This document shows, piece after piece, positions 58,125 through 64,000 of a stretch of DNA of 64,000 bases (positions are counted from its first letter, which is position 1; each line of letters opens with the position of its first letter). The stretch comes from Podarcis erhardii. Taxonomy: Eukaryota. The stretch lies in the NCBI GenBank assembly GCA_964252035.1, contig OZ176203.1, one strand, 5' to 3'. Below the pieces are notes generated by a model. That model was not told the origin of the DNA, ran no database searches, and saw only the letters and a list, made by a program, of their open reading frames with translations. The translations under genes and the position numbers were made by a program.

Positions 58125-61100
58125 GCAGTAAATATAGGGATGTCAGAGTAAACTTAAGTGAGAAACCTTGTCTGTGGAATGGCCACTTGGCTAGAAATAT
58201 TCATTCTCTATATTTTCAAACCATAAGAACATTAGAACTTGCACATGAGTCATCTTTTTCCTTGACCGAAGTACTGCATGCCTCTTTCTAATCCCTTGTA
58301 TACGGAAAGGTTTCTAGTGTTATCACATATCATTGCTGTCCTACCATCAGAAAACCTCCTCCTTCAAACATGTTTTGATAAAACAAGGGATATGTCTGCA
58401 TCAGCTGTATCAGACTAAAAAGTGTACCAGTACACTCTCTGCCCCTATTCTTCTGGGGGCAGCAGAGCAATTAAGCAGTAGCTCAACTAGTTAGAATAAA
58501 GACCATCAGTGCTTGCGCTAGGAGCAATAGAGCTGGTATGTGGATAAATGAAAGCAGCCAGTGAGTCTTCATCTGTGACATGGGAATGAGACAAATAAAG
58601 GGATTGTGCATTCTAGCTGGTAAGACCTGGAACTAAAGAGCATGCAGCAGGAACTTGTTTCTAGCCATGTGCCTTACTGCGACCTTGTCTAGAAATAGAT
58701 TCAGCCACAAGACAAATATCATTTTGTAGATCAGCTGTTCTCAACAGCAAAAAGGGGCATTCATTTTTTTGCTTTTTTGAACAGCATAGATTGCTACTTT
58801 TACACCCAATGTAAAGCAAGTATCACTAAAACCAACCGTAGGAAGTTCAGACGTTCTTGTACTTCTTGCACATGACTGTATCTACTCCCAGGTCTTACAG
58901 TTTGTGGATCGTATTCTCCATGCTCTGAAAATTTAATACAAAATATTATAATACATTTTTTTTAATCCAACAGCAAAACCTTTTCAATTTTTCTCTAAAG
59001 GACATCCCATTATGTCCAAGAAAGTGCTTAGGATTGCATACATTTTTAAGTTTCTTATCCAGTCTTATCTATTAAAAGAGTATTTAATATTAGTGATGAC
59101 TTTTCTATTTGAAAGGTATATGCAAAGTTTACATTCCAACAACAAAATTACTTTGGAAAATTATCAGAAAGTACCCAATATTAGATACCATATTTGCAGC
59201 AAATGTTGAAATTAACTTTTCCAGAAGTAGTTAAGCAAAATGTGGGAGATATAAATTTCAATCACAGTACATTTTATAGCTATTGTAAAAACACACAAAT
59301 GTACACAAAACTGGCAGCTTTGCCAATAAAATTATTCTGCCCCTCCCCACCTCCATCAACAAATTATTTGCTTAAATATGTACAGTTGGGTCTGGAAAAA
59401 TACCTAAAGTAGAATCTAGGCGGAAAGTGACTTTCCCACTTCCTTCAGCATATAAGGAGGAAATAAATAGCAATATATCTCATAATGTAGTTCTAGACAA
59501 AATTAAATTTAACTCACCTTTAGCATACTGTCTCATGCTTTCCATATACGCTGAAAGATTTTCTGCAACTAAAGTTACTAGAGCATGATTGTGCTGAAGT
59601 TGATTGATTAAGTCATGGCGATAAAACACATGGGGGCTTCGCTGAGTTTGACTGCAGTTTAAACACACATCAAAGTGTTACAAGTCCTGTTACTGAGAGT
59701 TTCAAACAATCCATTCCAAATGGCTACCATATTGCAAAACTATGCACACTCCCTCTCAAAGCTCCTAATCCCCTTAGATATGAGAGGGGTTCGGGGACTT
59801 GAGCAGACCAATTAGTTCTCCCCAGTTCTGTCTCTTTTATTTTCAATGAATGCATTAGAATTCTGTATCTCAACTTCTCTCAATCACAGCATTCACATAC
59901 TCATGCAGACTGCCAAGCTTCTGATCGCCCTTTAAGTCTTTATTCCCCCTACCCCAAGACAAGAGCTTCCCACAGAAAACACTGAAAAAAATCCAGTATT
60001 TTAGTATAATTGTGATTGGGCAACATAGCCCTCACCCCAAGGTAACAGCAAAGACATGAGTTCTTGTCTTCAGCATTCAGTGTGAAACAAGTTCCATCTT
60101 CAGACAATGGAGTGAGTTACTCCCAATTTTCTGGCTTCTATAGGCTTCAGCTTTACGAATGCCATAAGCCAATTTAACTGAAAGGAATGACCAGTGAGAA
60201 CCAGGGGGAAATAATCTGATCATCAGACAGGGGAGAGAAAATTGAGGAGACTGAGCTTGCCTCCCAGAGTTCTTTGCTCTCCTGCCTCCGTCACATGATT
60301 AGAAAAGTTACCCAACCCATCCATCTGGGTCATCAGCAACCATCTCAAATGGAATTGCATCCATTATGTATTAACATTTCCCATTATATTTCAGCAATAC
60401 TAATGGATTATGTGAACTGTGTACCCTTTTCTAGCCCAACACATTAAAGAAATGAAAAGTTTATATTAAAGTCTCACCTCAAGTTTTGTGGTGCTTCACC
60501 AAACAAACTACAAATTTCCCTAATTTGTTTCAATGCAGGAATGACCCATTTATCATTTGTGCGAAGCTCTTCTATAAAACGATCTATCCATTGTATTTTT
60601 TGTGTATCTCGATCCTTAAAAAACAAATATTTTTATTTTAGCTTGCAACAATTAAGTATTTTTAAAGTGGTTTATCCATTTCTGGCTCCCTGTTTTAAAT
60701 ACTTTGGAACTGAATCATTAGGTTAGAAAACAGCCTACTAGAGAAGTTAACAAACAAACTCAAAATAGCACAGGTAGAAGCAAAGGAGGGCACCTTCAGC
60801 CCAATATGGGTCTCCTTCATCACATACACAGCACAACAGGACAATGACCAACCCTCCCCTGCAACATCTAATATCATTTGTTTTTATCCCTTTGGTGTCT
60901 GCTGGCCTGGTATCCTTTTGAGAGTAGGGCTGGGTACAAATTCAATACATAAATAATATGGACACCATGGCAAGCTCTCGTTAACACTAATCAAAAGGGA
61001 GGAAGACAAAGTGAAGCTGAAAGGGAGGGAGAACATATGCCAGCCCACAGCTTGGTCATAATCCTCTAAGCCAGGGGTGTCAAACTCAAATTCATCGGGG

Positions 61101-63406
61101 GCCGCATCAGCAGTTTGGTCACCCTCAAAGGGCTGGTTGTATCTGTAAAGTGGAGGTTTCCTGTGTAGAACGGCCGGCACCGCTAGAGGGCAGACGTTCT
61201 CTGGCTTGTAGGCTGCCGCGCATGCGCTGAAGAGGCGGCTTTCTTGTGTAAAAAAAAAAAAAAAGCGAGAATAAAAGGTGAAGGCTGGTGGCCGCCGCCG
61301 GCTACACGGGCCACATGACGAGGTCTGGCAGGCCGGATTTGGCCCGCGGGCCTTGTGTTTGACACCCGTGCTCTAAGCTATGGTTAGGAGTAGCATCTGA
61401 AACGAGCTTTTTGATATCTACCCTCTTCCTTTATTTTTGTGAAAACAATACAACAGCCTTAATGCCACTATAGTATCAAATCCCAGTGTTAATACCAATG
61501 GGACTATGGATTATTGGACATACATGAATTAATCTTGTGTTCACAAGTTCCCTTCATCACATGCTCTAATTTCAATAAGTTCCATCACCAAAAACAATTT
61601 CTTGTTACATCTGAACTGCCAAATTATGATTTTCATAACCCCTCTAAACCAGAGATGCAATCCTAGTCTGAAAGAATTCAACAGCAAGGTCACCATTTCA
61701 TATTTAACAGCAAACTAGTTGCTGTTAAGGAGAGAGAAAGGTAGGAACATACAAGCATAATGTCAGCCAACCCAAAGACAATGACTACCAAACAGCATAT
61801 ATTTACCTGAGAACAACTGTAATCTAAGATTTTAATGTGGGCACTGAGAGCCTGGTCCATGATATCAACTGGAACATCATCACTATGTGCTAAATTCCAT
61901 AGAAGGTTCAGTACTTTGTGCGCCATCACACCATCTTTATCATCTTCTGCAAGACGACGAATTAACTCAAGCAGCTTTTCACGCTGCTTTTTGCTTGCAT
62001 TTGTCCAACTTGCCTAGAAAATAAAGGGACACCACCAGAATATTTTAATGTGGCCTGAAAATCAAAGGTATGTGAATTGAAATACTAAAAGTGTTAAAAT
62101 TAAGTTATATTGTCATAATGCAAATTAAGATATGATAGTAATTCTACTGTTCTTTCCAGTAACACCAATTAGGATGTCAGTACTGAGTAGCTTACCAAAA
62201 AATGGAAGAACTAAGCTATTTTTAGATCATTTTCAAATACTTCACTTCAATGGATTTGTAATCAATTAATAATATTAATTGTTCAGTGACTGCATTTCAC
62301 AGTAATAGGAAATAATAGGAAGTCAGACAGAAAGGCCTCTTCTTCTCCCATTCAAAATAAATCCATGGCCCTGCTTCAGCAGAAGAGCAGAAGCCAAGCA
62401 AAATTTACTTTGTTACCCAAGATTGTTAAGAATTGCCCTACTGAATCAGGACAAAGTCCCATTGACACCAGCATCAACTTCTAAGTGGCCAAACAGACTA
62501 TGGGAAGTTCACACACAGTAGATGAGCACAATCTGCACTTGTGAATACCAGCAACAGGTATTCAAAAGTGTACTGTCTGCAACAATGGATGCCATACATA
62601 GCCTCCATGGCTAGCAGCTGTTGATGGCCTCATCCTCCATGAATTTGCCTACTCCTCTTTTAAAATCATCCAAATTGGTGGTCATCTCTACACCTTCTAG
62701 GAGTGAATTCAGTTTTTTATGCCTTAAGTGAAATAATACTTCATTTTGCCCATCTAGAATCTTCCAACATTAGCTTCGCTGGATGGCCCTGGATTCTACT
62801 ATTATGAGAGGGTGAAAAAGAAGCATTGGTCATGAGTGTGAAGGGGATATCTGTGTGCACATAAATCTGCTTTCGTTATAGGACTTCGGCACCACCTGGT
62901 GGTTGATGGCAAAACTGCTGCTCAAACAAAGACTTCCTTTGTTGCATTCTCCCACCAGCCCTCAATTTTACTATAAGCCAAAACATCCCAGAGGACTGGA
63001 CAGAAAATACGGTTTCTTGACCCCCTTCATCCTTTGAAAATTCATCTTCCACCCACTAAAACATGCACACTAAGCACTGAGAGGCTGCTTTTCCACATGA
63101 TGTAACATAACATTTGCTCCTTCCAATTTGCTGAAGTACAAAAAACTCAGGACTCTGGAAGAGCTTAGCCTATCCCCAAGTTCAGTGATAGTAAAGCACT
63201 AAAGGAAAAGTAAAGTTCCTTCATTACCAGGAACTCCCACTGTTGACCCTGAGGCTGTCCCTTGTTCCAATTAATAACAGCAGATTAATATGTATGCTTA
63301 CCTTGAAACAATCAAATAGGTGGTCAAGTTGTTCAGGAGAGAAATCCCAGGCCAGTTTTGCAAGGAGGTCATGTACATTCTTCACAATGGCTTCATGTTT
63401 TCCTGC
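26200..63406 (-). CDS. USP9X: Ubiquitin-specific peptidase 9 (FAF-X), 3' partial gene: 35 coding exons (human-equivalent 11-45), 6345 nt
   Basis: Manually joined exons give a continuous 2114-aa frame from [15 protein letters not shown] to SPPQTKE*; all introns GT-AG; USP Cys box [12 protein letters not shown] and His box SGGHYYSY are present. Confidence 0.99.
27705..27800 (-). CDS. USP9X: USP9X exon 44-equivalent
   Basis: [10 protein letters not shown]...PGSQYQQ, 96 nt. Confidence 0.96.
28369..29724. mobile_element. pogo/Tc2-like MITE, family C, 1356 bp, carrying a purine tract and a 154-bp tandem array
   Basis: TA|CCGTATTTTTCCCACTATAACACGCAG...GTGCGTGTTATAGAGCGAAAAATACGG|TA (27-bp TIR, 3 mismatches). 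Confidence 0.88.
28896..29588. repeat. 154-bp tandem repeat, 4.5 units
   Basis: Units start at 28896, 29050, 29204, 29358 and 29512 (exact 154-bp period); units near-identical. Confidence 0.97.
29811..30023 (-). CDS. USP9X: USP9X exon 43-equivalent
   Basis: [10 protein letters not shown]...CELCPEE, 213 nt; donor GTAAGG. Confidence 0.96.
30355..30596. mobile_element. Tc1/mariner MITE, family A (opposite orientation)
   Basis: TA-flanked, same TIRs; reverse complement of the 13437 copy with a duplicated 16-bp unit CAGGTTACATACGCTT. Confidence 0.88.
30733..30889 (-). CDS. USP9X: USP9X exon 42-equivalent
   Basis: (R)[10 protein letters not shown]...VAYQILQ, 157 nt. Confidence 0.96.
31925..31963. 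repeat. (TC)n(TA)n microsatellite
   Basis: Seen directly. Confidence 0.9.
32167..32255 (-). CDS. USP9X: USP9X exon 41-equivalent
   Basis: [10 protein letters not shown]...EDSWQTH+AG, 89 nt. Confidence 0.96.
32593..32813 (-). CDS. USP9X: USP9X exon 40-equivalent
   Basis: (G)[10 protein letters not shown]...LSELLWQ, 221 nt. Confidence 0.96.
33598..33783 (-). CDS. USP9X: USP9X exon 39-equivalent
   Basis: (G)[10 protein letters not shown]...RMQSSIN+G, 186 nt. Confidence 0.96.
34290..34419 (-). CDS. USP9X: USP9X exon 38-equivalent
   Basis: [10 protein letters not shown]...FVMYANL+G, 130 nt. Confidence 0.96.
34446..34478. repeat. (CAT)11 microsatellite
   Basis: Direct count; lies in the polypyrimidine/branch region upstream of USP9X exon 38-equivalent. 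Confidence 0.97.
34803..35206. mobile_element. Older hAT-type MITE
   Basis: CAGGGGTGGGAAATTG...CAGTTCCCCACCCTG imperfect TIRs; no clean TSD. Confidence 0.45.
35326..35551 (-). CDS. USP9X: USP9X exon 37-equivalent
   Basis: (W)[10 protein letters not shown]...SPGPSSQ, 226 nt. Confidence 0.96.
35848..35971 (-). CDS. USP9X: USP9X exon 36-equivalent
   Basis: (G)[10 protein letters not shown]...VRGPASD+TG, 124 nt. Confidence 0.96.
36522..37272 (-). CDS. USP9X: USP9X exon 35-equivalent (His box)
   Basis: [11 protein letters not shown]...SGGHYYSY...WYKFDD...YLNPPP+G, 751 nt; catalytic His codon at 36970-36972. Confidence 0.97.
37541..37628. mobile_element. 88-bp hairpin hAT-type MITE
   Basis: Perfect 21-bp TIR CAGGCATGGCCAAACTTGGTC / GACCAAGTTTGGCCATGCCTG with internal GGACTACAACTCCCA; no TSD match. 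Confidence 0.7.
37739..37880 (-). CDS. USP9X: USP9X exon 34-equivalent
   Basis: (R)[10 protein letters not shown]...HCEKCNKK, 142 nt. Confidence 0.96.
39087..39260 (-). CDS. USP9X: USP9X exon 33-equivalent
   Basis: (R)[14 protein letters not shown]...ICQGCPH+AG, 174 nt. Confidence 0.96.
39907..40096 (-). mobile_element. tRNA-derived SINE with CR1-like tail (Squam2-like)
   Basis: Minus strand: GGAAGGGCCATAGCT...GGTTTGATCCCTGGCATCTCCAGG head and GACTCAGTATAAGGCAGCTTCCTGTGTTCCT tail. Family name from recall. Confidence 0.75.
40213..40636. mobile_element. pogo/Tc2-like MITE, family C, 424 bp, GC-rich hairpin cargo
   Basis: TA|CCGTATTTTTTGCCCTATAGGACGCAC...CCTATGGGGCGAAAAATACGT|TA. Confidence 0.87.
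40734..40924 (-). CDS. USP9X: USP9X exon 32-equivalent
   Basis: [10 protein letters not shown]...RGFWKQF+AG, 191 nt. Confidence 0.96.
41580..41654. mobile_element. Degenerate Penelope-like inverted terminal remnant
   Basis: Imperfect ~24-bp inverted repeat GTCTTATGGCACTTTAAAGACTA / TAGTCTTTAAGGTGTCGTAAGAC sharing the AGTCTTTAAGGTG-type motif with the 1.2-kb element. Confidence 0.45.
42183..42403 (-). CDS. USP9X: USP9X exon 31-equivalent (catalytic Cys box)
   Basis: (T)[10 protein letters not shown]...[12 protein letters not shown]...DEKQDNE, 221 nt; catalytic Cys codon at 42309-42311. Confidence 0.97.
42485..42830. mobile_element. Tc1/mariner MITE, family B
   Basis: TA|CAGTGGTGCCCCGCAAGACGAA...TTCGTCTTGCGAGGCACCACTG|TA (21/22 TIR match); internal 24-bp tandem CCGCTAAGCCGCTTATCAGCTGAT x2. 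Confidence 0.88.
42888..43251 (-). mobile_element. Sauria SINE (Squam1-type), full length with target-site duplication
   Basis: Minus-strand GGGACGCGGGTGGCGCTGTGG head, B-box GGTTCGAATCC, (ACCTTT)n tail; 11-bp TSD AATGAGACTTA at 42877-42887 and 43252-43262. Confidence 0.93.
43602..43657. repeat. Compound (AC)n(CAC)n(CAA)n microsatellite
   Basis: Seen directly. Confidence 0.95.
44095..44317 (-). CDS. USP9X: USP9X exon 30-equivalent
   Basis: [10 protein letters not shown]...YIGTAIT+A, 223 nt. Confidence 0.96.
44520..44900 (-). mobile_element. Degenerate L2 LINE 3' fragment
   Basis: RFKVM...[15 protein letters not shown] resembles the L2 ORF2 tail; GAATTCCACAAG...GAGAAGGCCCTTGCCTGG resembles the L2 3' region. 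Confidence 0.5.
45375..45521 (-). CDS. USP9X: USP9X exon 29-equivalent
   Basis: [10 protein letters not shown]...GGANLIK, 147 nt. Confidence 0.96.
45720..45866 (-). CDS. USP9X: USP9X exon 28-equivalent
   Basis: [10 protein letters not shown]...DWLKRIR, 147 nt. Confidence 0.96.
46511..46560 (-). mobile_element. Short CR1 3' fragment
   Basis: TGATGGCCACCAACTTGGATGGTTTTAAAAGGGGATTTGACAGATTCATG on minus, similar to 62593-62820. Confidence 0.45.
47242..47350 (-). CDS. USP9X: USP9X exon 27-equivalent
   Basis: (K)[10 protein letters not shown]...LLFTVLG, 109 nt. Confidence 0.95.
48222..48388 (-). CDS. USP9X: USP9X exon 26-equivalent
   Basis: [10 protein letters not shown]...LLLHCHS+AA, 167 nt. 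Confidence 0.96.
48692..48749 (-). mobile_element. LINE/SINE 3' tail fragment (L2-clade type)
   Basis: Minus strand GTTGTAAGCTGCCCAGAGTGTCTGGGGAAACCCAGCCAGATGGGCGGGATATAAAT. Confidence 0.55.
49250..49375 (-). CDS. USP9X: USP9X exon 25-equivalent
   Basis: [10 protein letters not shown]...ISKIYEK, 126 nt. Confidence 0.96.
49910..50035 (-). CDS. USP9X: USP9X exon 24-equivalent
   Basis: [10 protein letters not shown]...AQQISDE, 126 nt. Confidence 0.96.
50240..50518 (-). CDS. USP9X: USP9X exon 23-equivalent
   Basis: [10 protein letters not shown]...GTSPMSQ, 279 nt. Confidence 0.96.
50710..50921. mobile_element. Tc1/mariner MITE (diverged TIRs)
   Basis: TA|CAGTCACACCTCGTGTTGC...GCAACTAGAGGTACCACTG|TA. 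Confidence 0.7.
51020..51150 (-). CDS. USP9X: USP9X exon 22-equivalent
   Basis: (D)[10 protein letters not shown]...QVLYLTE, 131 nt. Confidence 0.96.
51637..51757 (-). CDS. USP9X: USP9X exon 21-equivalent
   Basis: [10 protein letters not shown]...LMKLMPP+G, 121 nt. Confidence 0.96.
51857..52006 (-). CDS. USP9X: USP9X exon 20-equivalent
   Basis: [10 protein letters not shown]...ESCLPGV, 150 nt. Confidence 0.96.
52234..52474 (-). CDS. USP9X: USP9X exon 19-equivalent (ubiquitin-like region)
   Basis: (R)[10 protein letters not shown]...LNLKDKT, 241 nt. Confidence 0.96.
53034..53245 (-). CDS. USP9X: USP9X exon 18-equivalent
   Basis: [10 protein letters not shown]...RTILPMS+AG, 212 nt. Confidence 0.96.
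53633..53728 (-). CDS. USP9X: USP9X exon 17-equivalent
   Basis: [10 protein letters not shown]...PRLQVNQ, 96 nt. Confidence 0.96.
54450..55620 (-). mobile_element. L2 LINE fragment (degenerate RT and C-terminus)
   Basis: Minus strand: [14 protein letters not shown] linker-like segment, IDDTQL (YADD-like) near 55370, and [29 protein letters not shown]; boundaries approximate. Confidence 0.78.
56610..56952 (-). CDS. USP9X: USP9X exon 16-equivalent
   Basis: (R)[10 protein letters not shown]...GLDYLWR, 343 nt. Confidence 0.96.
57117..57321. mobile_element. pogo/Tc2-like MITE, family C, 205 bp
   Basis: TA|CTGTATTTTTCGCTCTATAGGACGCAC...CCTATGGAGCGAAAAATACGG|TA. Confidence 0.87.
58065..58122. repeat. 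(TGGT)n + (GT)17 compound microsatellite
   Basis: Seen directly. Confidence 0.95.
58837..58924 (-). CDS. USP9X: USP9X exon 15-equivalent
   Basis: (E)[10 protein letters not shown]...ERLNFL+CG, 88 nt; donor GTTGGT. Confidence 0.94.
59518..59651 (-). CDS. USP9X: USP9X exon 14-equivalent
   Basis: (S)[10 protein letters not shown]...MRQYAK+G, 134 nt. Confidence 0.96.
60478..60614 (-). CDS. USP9X: USP9X exon 13-equivalent
   Basis: [10 protein letters not shown]...GEAPQNL+AG, 137 nt. Confidence 0.96.
61072..61370. mobile_element. hAT (Charlie-like) MITE with perfect 8-bp TSD
   Basis: CAGGGGTGTCAAAC...GTTTGACACCCGTG; TSD CTCTAAGC at 61064-61071 and 61371-61378. Confidence 0.92.
61180..61193 (+). 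promoter_or_regulatory. Candidate CTCF motif inside the hAT MITE
   Basis: CCGCTAGAGGGCAG. Confidence 0.45.
61807..62013 (-). CDS. USP9X: USP9X exon 12-equivalent
   Basis: [10 protein letters not shown]...LDYSCSQ, 207 nt. Confidence 0.96.
62593..62820 (-). mobile_element. CR1 LINE 3' end fragment
   Basis: Minus strand ...GACCACCAATTTGGATGATTTTAAAAGAGGAGTAGGCAAATTCATGGAGGATGAGGCCATC... resembles CR1 3' ends. Confidence 0.7.
62889..62902 (-). promoter_or_regulatory. Candidate CTCF motif
   Basis: Minus strand CCACCAGGTGGTGC. Confidence 0.35.
63302..63406 (-). CDS. USP9X: USP9X exon (human-equivalent 11)
   Basis: AGKHEAIV...HLFDCFK, 105 nt, AG/GT flanks. Confidence 0.95.
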
Positions 63407-64000
63407 CTTGATAAAAAAGAGTTAACACCATTTACTGCTATCTCTACAAAAGACAGGATTGTCTTTATTTTTCTGAGACTTGAATTTCTATTACAGCCAT
63501 TTCCCCACATGTTATCCTACAAAGTGGAATTGACCTGCACTTACAGTGACCTTAGAACAATTCTTGTAAAACTAGCACTGTTCTCATCCTGTTCTCATTT
63601 TTCTATGGCAGGTTGGAAAAGATAGCTTATATAATACCTCAGACTTTAAACTGCACTTATCTCTTGCTCTCTTGACTTTTTCAATTCCTATTCTTTAAAA
63701 CCCCTTTGGCTTTTTATTTACAAAATCGATACGCTATATAAAGAGGCTAGATGATCAGTTTACAGATCATCATTACATTTCCCAAAGAAAGGTACAGCCA
63801 ATAGTTGAAACTCCTTCATATTTCTAATGCACATTTGCTTTTGAACATTTAAGCTAATAAAAATTGGGTTTTTTAATTTATACTTTAGAATTGCAACTGA
63901 CATAGAGAAGCAGCAAAACTAGGCTTAAATCTTTCTGTTCCAAAACATTAATAGAACTTAACTAGCCAAGTTTGAAAAAGCAGGCAATTAGCACTATGAC

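Overview
Vertebrate genomic DNA, inferred to be a squamate lizard and probably a lacertid (Sauria/Squam1 SINEs, lizard-type L2/CR1 tails, Tc1/mariner MITEs). It contains two convergent (tail-to-tail) genes. (1) RPL8 on + is complete: a CpG-island/TOP promoter near 8789, a non-coding exon 1 and five coding exons (9752-14660) that join to 774 nt = 257 aa + stop; intron 2 is a non-canonical GC-AG intron. (2) USP9X on - is represented by its 3' ~83%: 35 coding exons (human-equivalent 11-45, 63406 down to 26200) that join in frame to 6345 nt = 2114 aa + stop, with the catalytic Cys and His boxes intact; the 5' exons lie beyond the right edge. All splice junctions were read by hand and keep phase. 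The rest is intron/intergenic DNA with SINEs, LINE fragments, many MITEs, microsatellites and one 188-N gap. Most notable non-genic signals: a Penelope-like remnant at 1.1-1.3 kb carrying an intact minimal hammerhead-ribozyme core within a perfect 69-bp inverted repeat; a pogo/Tc2-like MITE family with shared ends but different cargo, one copy carrying a 154-bp tandem array (4.5 units) and a possible cryptic USP9X exon; and a young hAT MITE carrying a CTCF motif. I found no convincing wholly new protein-coding system. Family names and human comparisons are from recall, not database searches.
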